Source: Chloroflexota bacterium (lineage in GTDB: Bacteria; Chloroflexota; Anaerolineae; CG2-30-64-16). Taken from it: 47,304 nt of DNA. Below, piece after piece: positions 1 to 8,780 of the stretch. Both the position numbers and the translations under genes were made by a program. Location of the stretch: positions 1 to 47,304 of the forward strand of contig JBBIKA010000007.1 of NCBI GenBank assembly GCA_037445695.1. The letters are read 5' to 3'. The notes below the pieces were generated by a model, which had not been told where the DNA came from, ran no database searches, and worked only from the letters and a program-made list of their open reading frames with translations. Each line of letters opens with the position of its first letter. Positions within the stretch are counted from its first letter, which is position 1.

Positions 1-27
1 CAATGGGAGTTGTGCTTGATCGGGCAT
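1..27 (-). CDS. N-terminal fragment (MPDQAQLPL...) of the next operon gene, probably a second ABC ATP-binding subunit; runs off the window
   Basis: ATG at 27 preceded by a GGAGAGG RBS, just downstream of the ABC ATPase stop; only 9 codons visible. Confidence 0.4.
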
Positions 28-52
28 GCTTGTTCGCCTCTCCATCGGCCAT

Positions 53-1078
53 CTACTGATACAAGAAGCAGCGCACCTTGTGCCCCGGAACGACCTCCTT
101 GAGGGGCGGCGGCGCCGCATCGCATACGCCCGGCATGCGCCGGTCACAGCGCGAGAAGAACCGGCATCCCGGGATCACCGCAAACGGACTGGGCAGCGTC
201 CCGCTGATCGGCACCAGTCGCTCCAGTTTGCCCTCAATGGTCGGGATGGAGCGCCAAAGCGCTAGCGTGTAAGGATGCAGCGGATTGTCGAAGATCTCAT
301 CGGTGCTGGCGTACTCCATGACCTGGCCCAGATACATCACCATGATCTCGTCCGACATCTCGCCGACCACCGCCAGGTCGTGGCTGATGTACATCAACGC
401 CATGCCGAAGTCGGCCTGGAGCTTCTTGATCAGGTCGAGGATCTGCGCCTCGATGGTCACATCGAGCGCGGTCGTCGGCTCGTCGCCGATCAACAGCCGC
501 GGGCCGCAGATCAGCGCCATGGCGATCATGGCGCGCTGGCGCATGCCGCCGGAAAGCTGATGCGGATAGGCGTCCACCAGGCGTCGCGGCTGGGGAATGC
601 CCACGCGGGCCAACATCTCGATGGTGCGCTCGCGGGCCTCCTTCTTGGTGACGCCTTTCTCGTGGATCAAGATGTTCTCGGCGATCTGATTGCCGATGGT
701 ATGCAACGGGCTGAGCGAGGTCATCGGCTCCTGGAAGATCATGCCGATATGCTTGCCGCGGATCGAGCGCATCTTGGGACCGCCGGCAGGCAGCTTGAGC
801 ACGTCTACCACCTCTGCGGCGGCCGCACCGTCTTCCCGCAGGTGCATGTAGATCGCGCCGCCCACCTCGCGGCCAGGCGGCGATGGCACGATGCGCATCA
901 TGGACTGCGCCGTGACCGATTTGCCGCAGCCGCTCTCGCCGATCACCCCTAACGAACGGCCCTCATAAATGTTGAAGCTCACACCATCCACCGCGCGCAC
1001 AGTGCCTTCGTGGAGGAAGAAATAGGTCTTCAGATCCTGTACTTCGATCAACAGCGGATGATTGTCTGTCGCCGCCAT
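53..1078 (-). CDS. Oligopeptide/dipeptide-type ABC transporter ATP-binding protein (OppD/DppD family)
   Basis: Walker A GESGCGKS, signature LSGGMRQR, Walker B LLIGDEPTTALD, C-terminal GCRF...RC...C...C oligo_HPY motif; start moved to MAATDN (1078). Confidence 0.95.
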   Translation of the reverse strand: MAATDNHPLLIEVQDLKTYFFLHEGTVRAVDGVSFNIYEGRSLGVIGESGCGKSVTAQSMMRIVPSPPGREVGGAIYMHLREDGAAAAEVVDVLKLPAGGPKMRSIRGKHIGMIFQEPMTSLSPLHTIGNQIAENILIHEKGVTKKEARERTIEMLARVGIPQPRRLVDAYPHQLSGGMRQRAMIAMALICGPRLLIGDEPTTALDVTIEAQILDLIKKLQADFGMALMYISHDLAVVGEMSDEIMVMYLGQVMEYASTDEIFDNPLHPYTLALWRSIPTIEGKLERLVPISGTLPSPFAVIPGCRFFSRCDRRMPGVCDAAPPPLKEVVPGHKVRCFLYQ

Positions 1079-1094
1079 ACTCGTTCTTCCCCCC

Positions 1095-2261
1095 TTATCT
1101 CTGGTACGGGTCGGCCGCGTCGCGCAGGCCATCGCCGACGAAGTTGAACATGATGACCGTGGTGATCACGAACAGGGCCGGGATGAGGAGCCAGGCCTGC
1201 TGGGCCACCGCCGTCAGGTTCTGGGCATCCTGGAGCAAGGTGCCCCAGCTCACGGCGGGCGGCTGGATGCCGAGGCCGATGAAGCTGAGCGCAGTCTCGT
1301 TCAGGATCATGGCCGGGATCGAGAAGGTGATCGAGACGATCAAGTGGCTCGTGAAACCGGGCAGGAGGTGCCGGGTGATGATGCGCCAGTCGCTGGCGCC
1401 GGCGCCCTGAGCCGCGAGCGTGTAGTCCTCCTCGCGCAGTTGCAGGATTTTGCCGCGCACCACGCGCGCCAGGCCGGTCCAGCCCAATACCGACAGGATG
1501 ATCGTAATGGCGAAATAGAGCTTGAGGGTGGGCCAATCGCGCGGCAATGCGGCCGAAAGGGTCATCCAGAGCGGCAGACCGGGGATGGCCAACAGGAAGT
1601 CAATCACCCGTTGGATCGCGTCGTCCACCACCCCGCCGAAATAGCCGGAGATGCCGCCCAGGATGACGCCCAGCGTGAAACTTAGGAACACGCCGACCAG
1701 GCCGATCGAGAGGGAGATGCGCGCGCCGAACCAGGTGCGAGCGAAGAGGTCGCGCGAGAGCCGATCGGTGCCGAAGAGAAAGATCGGCGCGCCCTCGACG
1801 CCGAACAGGTGGATGTCGGTCTTGAACAGGCCGAGGAGCTTATACTCATCGCCGTGCACGAAAAACCGAATGGGATAGATCTGGTTGGGATCTTCCATAT
1901 ACATCCACTTGAAGGTCTTCTGATCCAGCTTGCGCGTCAGGCCGAAAATATAGGGCTGGATGCCGCCATCCGGCCGGATCAGGTGGAGCGGAGTGGGCGG
2001 CGCCGCCTGGTAGCCCTCGAAGCGCCGGTCCATGTCGTAAGGCGAAATGAAATCGGCGAAGATCGCACCCAGATAGAGGAGGATGATCACGCCGGCCGCG
2101 AAGAGCGCGACCTTATGACGGCTGAAACGCCACCAGATTAGCTCCCACTGGCTGGCGTAGTAATAGCGATCCTCCGGCGGGATCGCGGATTTGTCGAAAA
2201 TGGTCGTCTGGGCAGCGACATCGGCCGAAGCGGAGGGGACTTGCGGGTCTTGCGTGCTCAC
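1095..2261 (-). CDS. ABC transporter permease (OppC/DppC family)
   Basis: FGTDRLSRDLF, EAA-like loop (REEDYTLAAQGAGASDWRII), C-terminal FNFVGDGLRDAADP, multiple TM helices; GTG start overlaps upstream TGA. Confidence 0.95.
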   Translation of the reverse strand: MSTQDPQVPSASADVAAQTTIFDKSAIPPEDRYYYASQWELIWWRFSRHKVALFAAGVIILLYLGAIFADFISPYDMDRRFEGYQAAPPTPLHLIRPDGGIQPYIFGLTRKLDQKTFKWMYMEDPNQIYPIRFFVHGDEYKLLGLFKTDIHLFGVEGAPIFLFGTDRLSRDLFARTWFGARISLSIGLVGVFLSFTLGVILGGISGYFGGVVDDAIQRVIDFLLAIPGLPLWMTLSAALPRDWPTLKLYFAITIILSVLGWTGLARVVRGKILQLREEDYTLAAQGAGASDWRIITRHLLPGFTSHLIVSITFSIPAMILNETALSFIGLGIQPPAVSWGTLLQDAQNLTAVAQQAWLLIPALFVITTVIMFNFVGDGLRDAADPYQR

Positions 2262-3256
2262 TTCGCCAACCTCCCAAAGCGGATGCGCGGATCCACCAGC
2301 ACGAGCAAGATGTCGCCCAGAAGGGCCCCGATCACCGTGAGCGCGCTCAAGATGAGCACGATGGCGCCGGCCAGGTACATGTCTTGGGCCAGGGTCGCGC
2401 GCAACAGCACCGGCCCTACCGTTTGCAAGCTCAGCACGATGTCAATCAGGACGGTGCCCGAGACCAAGCCCGGCAACACCCAGCTCACCGTGCTGAGGAG
2501 CGGATTGATGGCCATGCGCACCGGGTATTTGAGCAGCAGGCGCCATTCGGAGAGGCCCTTGGCACGCGCGGTGATCACGTATTGCTTGTTCAGCTCGTCC
2601 AATAGATTGTTGCGCACCACGCGGATCGTAGCCGCCGTGTTGCCCAGGCCCACCAGGATCAGCGGCAGCCAGATATGCTTCAGCAGGTCCACGAACTTGG
2701 CCGTGCTCCAGGGGGCATCCAGGAACTCCTTGGAGAAGAGGCCCAGGGCCGAGAAGCCCAGCTTGGAAAACAGCAGCCAAGCGATGATCAGTGCCAGCAG
2801 AAAGCCGGGCATGGCCACGCCGATGAACCCCAGGAAGGTAAACAGATAATCTAGGATCGAGTATTTGTGGGTTGCGGAGTAGATCCCGATCGGAATGGCG
2901 ACCACCCAGGAAAAGATCAGGGCCGACAGAGAGATCACCACGGTCATCGGAACGCGTTCCTGGAGGATCTCGTTGACCGACTTGTTCCACTGGAGCGACC
3001 AGCCCCAATTGCCCCGCAGGACGATCCCTTCGATCCACCACAGATAGCGGGCAATCGGCGGCTTGTCCAGGCCGAACTGGATCTTGAGGCGCTCCGCCTC
3101 ATCCTCTGAGACCTCAACGCCGGACATCTTCAGTTGCTGGATGCGGAAGCTGACGTAGTCGCCCGGCGGCAACTGGATCAGGAAGAACGCCACCATAGAC
3201 ATCAAGGCCAGGATCGGGATCAGCATCAAGACGCGGCGCACGATGTAGAGTAGCAC
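2258..3256 (-). CDS. ABC transporter permease (OppB/DppB family)
   Basis: YIVRR...LPPGD N-terminus, YVITARAKGLSE loop, C-terminal LVDPRIR; GAGGAGG RBS before GTG at 3256. Confidence 0.95.
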   Translation of the reverse strand: MLLYIVRRVLMLIPILALMSMVAFFLIQLPPGDYVSFRIQQLKMSGVEVSEDEAERLKIQFGLDKPPIARYLWWIEGIVLRGNWGWSLQWNKSVNEILQERVPMTVVISLSALIFSWVVAIPIGIYSATHKYSILDYLFTFLGFIGVAMPGFLLALIIAWLLFSKLGFSALGLFSKEFLDAPWSTAKFVDLLKHIWLPLILVGLGNTAATIRVVRNNLLDELNKQYVITARAKGLSEWRLLLKYPVRMAINPLLSTVSWVLPGLVSGTVLIDIVLSLQTVGPVLLRATLAQDMYLAGAIVLILSALTVIGALLGDILLVLVDPRIRFGRLAK

Positions 3257-3284
3257 GTCAACCAACCTCCTCGCTCAATCCTGC

Positions 3285-3317
3285 AGGTGCCTGGCACCTC
3301 GGAGGTGCCAGGCACCT
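3285..3317. repeat. Perfect palindrome, REP-like family A (GTGCCWGGCAC units)
   Basis: AGGTGCCTGGCACCTC-G-GAGGTGCCAGGCACCT; the same core recurs at 14128-14175. Confidence 0.8.
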
Positions 3318-3332
3318 CTCTCCGCGAGAGCG

Positions 3333-3389
3333 ACACGAATGCCCAAATTGGCGTTGAAGCCATTCGCGCATTCGTGCCGTCATTCGCGG
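3333..3389. repeat. REP-like family B (ACACGAATG...ATTCGYGCATTCGTG-N5-ATTCGCGG)
   Basis: Near-identical copy at 8635-8685. Confidence 0.7.
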
Positions 3390-3408
3390 GTGGCTGCAGC
3401 CTCTTCGT

Positions 3409-5481
3409 TTACTTGAAGAACAACTGCTCGCCGCTGAAGTTGGCCGCGATGGCAAAGCCGGACTGCGGAACGTTGCCCATCTTCGCCGAGACGACCATGG
3501 GGTACTTCACGTTCTCGACGTAGTTGATATAAGGCAGGTTCTCGCGGCACCAGGCCGTGCCCTCGGCCACGATCTTCTTGTACTCCTCGGAGCCGGAGAC
3601 CACCTCCCAGCGGCGCTTGTCGATGTCATACGCCTTCTTGGCCCAGTCGGGCGGCTCCTCGCCCTGCTTGCCTTCCGTGTTGACCCAATCCGACCAGAGG
3701 ACGCCTGCGCGGTTCACGCTGCCCGACACCGCGTCGTTGTCCCAGCCGCGGTCGTGGCTCCACATGACGGTGGCCTGGATCTCGTTGGCCGCCCACTTCG
3801 TGCCCCACAGGCTCGGGTCAATCTGCTTGACCGTCACCTTGAGGCCGATCGCCTTCAGGTATTGGGCGGTCAGATCGGCCACCGGCGCGATATCCGGCGC
3901 GTGCGCGCCGTGCTCCAGCAAGATTTCGATCGGCTTGCCGCTCGGATAGAGGCGCATGCCGTCGGCGCCCTTCTTCAGCCCCATGTCATCCAGCAGCTTG
4001 TTGGCCGCCGCGACATCGTACTTCGAATATTCCTCGCCGACCAGCTCCAACGGCAACGAGGCATAGCCGTAGTAGACGTTCTCGATCAGCTCCTTGCGGT
4101 TGATCGCCAGGCTGACGGCGCGACGGAAGCGAATGTCTCGCGACACCTGGCGCCAATCCGGGTCGTTGAACGTCTGGTTCAGCCGCAGGCCCGAGGAGTC
4201 CACGTGCATGTCGGTCAGCACCACGCGGAAGCCGGCCTTTTGCTCGTTCTCCTTGTAGAGCGGGATCTTCACCAGGCCGGTGGATTCACGCATGAAGTCA
4301 ATGTCGCCGGCCAGGAGCTTCAGGTTGAGCATCTCGACGTTCTCAACCTGCTGCGAGACGATCTTGTCAATGTAGGGCAACTGCTGGCCCTTGCTATCCA
4401 CCTTGAAGTAGTAGGGGTTGCGCTCCCACATCAGCACGCTGGGGTTGCCCGAGGCCTTGGGGATCCACGGATAGAGGCCGGGGAAGTCCACGCAGCGCGG
4501 GTTGGTCATGTCCCAGTTCTGGCACCGCTTATTGGCGAAGTATTGCCACCATTCATCCTTCAGGTTCATCTTCGCCATCTCGGCCTGCATGTCCTCGAGC
4601 TTGGTATACTTGATGTGGAACTTTTTGAGGTAATGCGCCGGGTTGATGACCAGAGTGTAGCCCTTCCAGCCTTCGATCCACAGGTTGCGGACGAAGCCAC
4701 CGTACGGCTTGGGGAAGCTGATCTTGAAGGTATAGTCGTCAATGATGGTCAACGTCCCCTTCTCGCCCTTCACCGAGAAGCCGACGCGGAACTCGTTCGG
4801 CACGCCGTTCGGGAAGAGCTTGTCGTTGCCGTACATGTCCTCAAAGGTGAAGCGGACATCTTCCGTGGTCACCGGCTGGCCATCGGACCACTTGAGGCCC
4901 TTGCGGATCTTGAAGGTGAAGTCCTTGTTCTCGTTCTCCACCTTGTAGCTTTCGACGACATTGGGGCGAATGCCTTCCATGCCGATGCCCTGGCCCTGGA
5001 GCACCGCCTCGTCCATCATGACGAAGATGTCGGGCGCCCAGTTGGCCACGCTATGGCCCACGCGCAACGTCCCGCCGTACTTGCCGGCAGTCCAATCAGG
5101 CAGGTCCTTGTCGGTGATCAAGACGCCCTTGTCAACGACGAAGGGGACCTCGGGCAGGCGCTGATCCACGGGGGGCAGCTTGCCGGCCTTGACCAAGTCG
5201 GCCAGGATGGGCGCTTCGGAGTACTTGCTGGGCGCGGCCGGCGCGGCGGGCGCCTTGGTCGGTTCGGCGGCAGCCGGCGCCTTGGTCGGTTCAGGGGCCT
5301 TGGTCGGTTCGGCGGCAGCCGGCGCCTTGGTCGGCTCAGGGGCCTTGGTCGGCTCGGCGGCGGCCGGCGCCTTGGTCGGCTCGGCCTTGGCCGGGGCGGG
5401 TGCGGGCGTGGCTGCGCCGCCGCAGGCGGACAGGATCATCGCCAGCACGATGACAATGGACCACCAGTAGCGCTTGAACAT
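3409..5481 (-). CDS. ABC transporter substrate-binding lipoprotein, family 5 (probably oligosaccharide or peptide binding)
   Basis: Lipobox ILSAC, Ala/Pro linker, GKLPPVDQRLP, KWSDGQPVTTEDVRFT, ERNPYYFKVD..GQQLPYID motifs. Confidence 0.93.
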   Translation of the reverse strand: MFKRYWWSIVIVLAMILSACGGAATPAPAPAKAEPTKAPAAAEPTKAPEPTKAPAAAEPTKAPEPTKAPAAAEPTKAPAAPAAPSKYSEAPILADLVKAGKLPPVDQRLPEVPFVVDKGVLITDKDLPDWTAGKYGGTLRVGHSVANWAPDIFVMMDEAVLQGQGIGMEGIRPNVVESYKVENENKDFTFKIRKGLKWSDGQPVTTEDVRFTFEDMYGNDKLFPNGVPNEFRVGFSVKGEKGTLTIIDDYTFKISFPKPYGGFVRNLWIEGWKGYTLVINPAHYLKKFHIKYTKLEDMQAEMAKMNLKDEWWQYFANKRCQNWDMTNPRCVDFPGLYPWIPKASGNPSVLMWERNPYYFKVDSKGQQLPYIDKIVSQQVENVEMLNLKLLAGDIDFMRESTGLVKIPLYKENEQKAGFRVVLTDMHVDSSGLRLNQTFNDPDWRQVSRDIRFRRAVSLAINRKELIENVYYGYASLPLELVGEEYSKYDVAAANKLLDDMGLKKGADGMRLYPSGKPIEILLEHGAHAPDIAPVADLTAQYLKAIGLKVTVKQIDPSLWGTKWAANEIQATVMWSHDRGWDNDAVSGSVNRAGVLWSDWVNTEGKQGEEPPDWAKKAYDIDKRRWEVVSGSEEYKKIVAEGTAWCRENLPYINYVENVKYPMVVSAKMGNVPQSGFAIAANFSGEQLFFK
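5248..5385 (-). repeat. Intragenic tandem repeat encoding six EPTKAP units in the lipoprotein linker
   Basis: Repeated GCCTTGGTCGG(T/C)TC units; translation AEPTKAPAAAEPTKAPEPTKAP... Confidence 0.9.
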
Positions 5482-5641
5482 GTCTCCCTTTCTCCTTAGT
5501 TAGCTCGCTAAAGGTTGAACTGAACAGCCGAAACCGTTTTGCCGTTGAGATCAGCGCTTTCGTCCGCCCGCGATCACCTCCTTTCGTCGCGCTCCCCTGC
5601 AGGGGAACCTGACGGCCGCGACCCGCACGCTGCCGCGCTAC

Positions 5642-6673
5642 CTACCACGGCGCAGGGCCGGTCGAGCCGCGCATCACCAACTCGGCAGGGATACATACCG
5701 CTTGAACGGGGCGTTCAGGATCGCGCATGCGTTCGAAACACAAGCGCATGGCCGTGCGGCCAACCTGTTCCGCATGGACACAGATCGTAGTGAGAGGAGG
5801 ATTGGCGTAACGCGCCATGGGAATGTCGTCAAAACTGGCCACCGAAACATCCTGAGGAATGCGCAAGCCCCGTTCGGCCACCGCACGCAAGACACCGAAT
5901 GCCAGCAGGTCGTTGATCACCAGAAGCGCGGTCGGTCGAGGGGAGCGATCCAACAGCTCCTGCGCCGCGCGATAACCGTCGTCCAGAGTGACGCCGCAAT
6001 GGATCACCAGCTCATCGGGATCGGCCACGCCCAGCCTCTGCATGGCGTGGCGATAAGCCGCCAGCCGTTCCTGACCCAATGGCGGCCCGGCCACCCCAAA
6101 TACGAAGCCGATCCGACGATGGCCAAGCGACAGCAGATGAGTCATCATTTGCACGCCACCGTCGGCATGATCCGAACGGACCGAATCCACCGTGGTGTCA
6201 ATCGTCGCCGTGTCGCCGATCAACACGACCGGGTGACGCCGATCCACAACGTTGCGGACCTCTTCCGCAACGCGATCGTGAAAAGCGAGGATGATCAACA
6301 GGCCGTCCACGCGACGGCGAAGCACCGCACGCACTGCCTCGCGTTCGCGGGTCGGATCCAAAGCCGTGTGGACCAACAGGATGTCGTAACCACACTTATG
6401 CGCCTCGGATTCGGCGCCACGCAAGAGCTGCCAGTAGTACGGGTTGCCCGTGTCGGGCACCAGGAGTCCGATGGTCCTGCTTTCGCGCAGGCGCAGGGAG
6501 CGGGCTGCTGCATTCGGTTCATACCCCAGGGCCGCAGCAGCTTCCAAAATACGTTGCCGGGTCTCTTCCGCCACTGAGATGGGTCCGCCAACCCGACCGT
6601 TCAGCACGTAAGAGACCGCCGCCCGGGACACGCCGGCCAGGCGCGCCACATCAGCTTGGGTGGGAGATTTCAT
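5642..6673 (-). CDS. LacI-family transcriptional regulator
   Basis: HTH TQADVARLAGVSRAAVSYVLN, GYEPNAAARSL hinge, IPQDVSVASFDD...PPLTT; start may be 6673 (ATG) or 6709 (GTG). Confidence 0.95.
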   Translation of the reverse strand: MKSPTQADVARLAGVSRAAVSYVLNGRVGGPISVAEETRQRILEAAAALGYEPNAAARSLRLRESRTIGLLVPDTGNPYYWQLLRGAESEAHKCGYDILLVHTALDPTREREAVRAVLRRRVDGLLIILAFHDRVAEEVRNVVDRRHPVVLIGDTATIDTTVDSVRSDHADGGVQMMTHLLSLGHRRIGFVFGVAGPPLGQERLAAYRHAMQRLGVADPDELVIHCGVTLDDGYRAAQELLDRSPRPTALLVINDLLAFGVLRAVAERGLRIPQDVSVASFDDIPMARYANPPLTTICVHAEQVGRTAMRLCFERMRDPERPVQAVCIPAELVMRGSTGPAPW

Positions 6674-6702
6674 GTGGGCATCGGCCTTGATGTCTTTACC
6701 CG

Positions 6703-6731
6703 AAGACACGTGTTATATTACACGTGTTATC
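6703..6731. promoter_or_regulatory. Tandem LacI-type operator candidates (ACACGTGTTAT twice)
   Basis: Two CG-centred palindromic ACACGTGT cores at 6706 and 6720, between the promoter and lacI start. Confidence 0.65.
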
Positions 6732-6735
6732 TTCA

Positions 6736-6764
6736 TTAATACACCGATTGGCCCCATTTGTCAA
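6736..6764 (-). promoter_or_regulatory. Sigma70-type promoter of the lacI-ABC region
   Basis: TTGACA-17 nt-TATTAA on the minus strand. Confidence 0.65.
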
Positions 6765-6869
6765 GTCCGACAAAAGCGAAAAGTATTCATCGTTACCGGC
6801 TTCTGGCGAGACGAGAGGTGTCTCAGCCATTTTAGTGCTTTGTTAGCCAAGAGTTTGCTTTTTCGGCCA

Positions 6870-7080
6870 CCTCACCTCCCCCCCCCGGCCCCCCCTCTCC
6901 CCTTTCAGGGGAGAGGGGGAATGCAGGGTGGGTTTTGCGGCGGGCGGCTGCGCCGCCCGCCGCAAAACCCCTTACTTCCTACCCCTCCCCTCTCCCGCCG
7001 CCGTCAGCCTGCCCCCTGGCCTGTCGGCCAGGACAGGCTGGCGGCCAGGCCAGGGGCGAGCGGGGGAGAAGTTCGGATGG
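6870..7080. repeat. Composite multi-hairpin intergenic element, REP-like family C
   Basis: CCCCCTCTCCCCT-TTC-AGGGGAGAGGGGG and GGGTTTTGCGGCGGGCGGC-TGC-GCCGCCCGCCGCAAAACCC hairpins; similar arrangement at 8543-8630. Confidence 0.7.
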
Positions 7081-7106
7081 GGCAGAGGCCACGCCAATCG
7101 CGGATC

Positions 7107-8462
7107 CTACCGCCTTCCCGAAGGCACCCTGGCCCCGGCGCACAAGGCAATGGCGGCCGCGTCATCCAGCGGGGGCGGCCGATAGCCGATCTGCGCAAAG
7201 TAGTACAACGTGGGCCCCAGGAAGTGCAGATTGTTGAGCAACGGTTCGGTGTATTGGATGGCCCCGTATAGCGCACTGTCAATATGATGGTGCTGGCCGA
7301 CGTGGTTGTTCCAGTCCACCCCTTCGGTGAGGAAGCCCTGATCGCCGTAGTGATGGCGGGCGATGCCATGCAGGATCGCCAGGCCCGCGGCGCGATGGGC
7401 TTCCGCAGCGTGCTCGGCCCAGGCTTCCAGATAGGCGTGGGCGGCCTCGGCGTTCTCCCACAAATACGCCGTATCCCACGACTCCTCCATCCACAGCAGA
7501 CCGGCCGTCGCCACCCCGTTGCGATCCTCATCCATGCGAAAGCGCGCCAGCCCCGGCAGGGCCACCTCATAGGCGAACTCGCGCCATGCCGGCCGGCCCA
7601 ACACCGCGGCTGCGCGACGCAAGATGCGAAACGCACAGGCATAGGCGACGCATTCGTGATCGTCGTAAGTATCGTGGTTGATGCTGCCCCAAAAGCCGCC
7701 GGTGGCCACGAAAGCCTCGCCCAATGCCAGCGCCTGCTCGCGGCGATTGGCCAAACCGCGCGTGATCAATTCCACCGCCAGCTCCAACAAGAACAAGCCG
7801 TCGGCACTGTGAGCGAAGATCGGATCGGGCTGTCCGGTGGGCGTCCAGGGAAACGGCTCGCCGTCCATCGTGATCCGCCGGGGCACCCAGCCGTTCGGCA
7901 GGAGAGGCGTATGCGCCAACAGCCACTCCCCCAGCTTGTGCGCCGCGCGATACATGGCCGCAGGACGCCGGGCGTCAGTCGTCAAACGGGCTGCCGCGTC
8001 CGCCCCCCGCTCGCCGGGCCGATCGGCCAGCTCGTCCGCAAACGCCAGCAGTTGCACGCCGATCTTGGCCAGAGAGCCCGGGCAAAGCCAATCATCGCGA
8101 TGGACGTAGTTCAGGCAAAAACGCTCCTGCGCCAGGTCATAATAGGGGCGGATGAAGCCAGATTCCGGCTCGATGAAGCCGTCCGCGAGCACGTGATCGA
8201 GCAGCGCCAGCCCCGCGGCCACCATCTCGGCATCGCCCACGTAGCGGCCCCAACGCCAAAGGAGATGGGCGCCGCCGACCGCGTTGGCGGCCCAGCCGGG
8301 CCCTTCCAGATCGCCGAACTCGTGCCAGTGCATGATCGTGCCGTCGGGCTTGACGAAGCTGGAACAGGCCCGCAGGTGGCCGTTGAACGGTTCCAGGCAA
8401 CGCATGGCAAAATGCGCCGAGGCGCGGGCGCTGGCGAACAAAAGCGTGTGGAGGTCGCTCAT
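7107..8462 (-). CDS. Hypothetical protein, possibly an (alpha/alpha)6-barrel glycoside hydrolase/epimerase-like enzyme
   Basis: 451-aa C-terminal part of the 942-aa ORF; helical, rich in Trp/His/acidic motifs (SINHDTYDDHE, WDTAYLWENAE, FLTEGVDW); adjacent to a LacI/ABC cluster; function is inference. Confidence 0.6.
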   Translation of the reverse strand: MSDLHTLLFASARASAHFAMRCLEPFNGHLRACSSFVKPDGTIMHWHEFGDLEGPGWAANAVGGAHLLWRWGRYVGDAEMVAAGLALLDHVLADGFIEPESGFIRPYYDLAQERFCLNYVHRDDWLCPGSLAKIGVQLLAFADELADRPGERGADAAARLTTDARRPAAMYRAAHKLGEWLLAHTPLLPNGWVPRRITMDGEPFPWTPTGQPDPIFAHSADGLFLLELAVELITRGLANRREQALALGEAFVATGGFWGSINHDTYDDHECVAYACAFRILRRAAAVLGRPAWREFAYEVALPGLARFRMDEDRNGVATAGLLWMEESWDTAYLWENAEAAHAYLEAWAEHAAEAHRAAGLAILHGIARHHYGDQGFLTEGVDWNNHVGQHHHIDSALYGAIQYTEPLLNNLHFLGPTLYYFAQIGYRPPPLDDAAAIALCAGARVPSGRR

Positions 8463-8469
8463 GTGCGCC

Positions 8470-8498
8470 ATTATCCCATGTGCAGGAGAGAACGTCAA
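8470..8498 (-). promoter_or_regulatory. Sigma70 promoter probably giving a leaderless mRNA for 7107-8462
   Basis: TTGACG-17 nt-GATAAT with extended TGn; ATG 7 nt after the -10; no RBS. Confidence 0.6.
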
Positions 8499-8542
8499 GC
8501 GCCAAACGCGCGCGATCGATGCGCACAATGACATCATACGGC

Positions 8543-8630
8543 CCCCACCCCTAACCCCGCCCCCGCAAGCGGGGGCGGGGAAGTCTCCTATGGTGGGTTT
8601 TGGGGGCCGCTTCGCGGCCCCCAAACCCAC
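8543..8630. repeat. Second copy of REP-like family C double hairpin
   Basis: CCCCGCCCCCGC-AA-GCGGGGGCGGGG then GTGGGTTTTGGGGGCCGC-TTC-GCGGCCCCCAAACCCAC. Confidence 0.7.
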
Positions 8631-8634
8631 TCTT

Positions 8635-8685
8635 ACACGAATGACCCGCCGCGTAAAATTCGTGCATTCGTGGCCGAATTCGCGG
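8635..8685. repeat. Second copy of REP-like family B
   Basis: ACACGAATG...ATTCGTGCATTCGTGGCCGAATTCGCGG, matching 3333-3389. Confidence 0.7.
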
Positions 8686-8706
8686 CGGGCGAGACGCATT
8701 GACGCA

Positions 8707-8736
8707 TTGCGCAACAACGGCCTGTCGTGGTACAAT
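8707..8736 (+). promoter_or_regulatory. Sigma70-type promoter of the PAC2-MoxR operon
   Basis: TTGCGC-18 nt-TACAAT with extended TGn. Confidence 0.5.
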
Positions 8737-8780
8737 GAATACAGACTGTTCGCCGATCTCCTACAGGAAGGATGGAAACG

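Noticed and set aside
5248-5385. Possible CRISPR array or mobile repeat
   Set aside because: In-frame coding repeats of a lipoprotein linker with no unique spacers; the same applies to the TP repeats at 47120-47304
3754-5499. 581-aa plus-strand ORF
   Set aside because: Antisense shadow of the SBP gene, typical of high-GC codon bias
6660-7271. Short ORFs across the lacI upstream region
   Set aside because: They translate palindromic repeat DNA (Pro/Gly/Arg-rich) and lack an RBS
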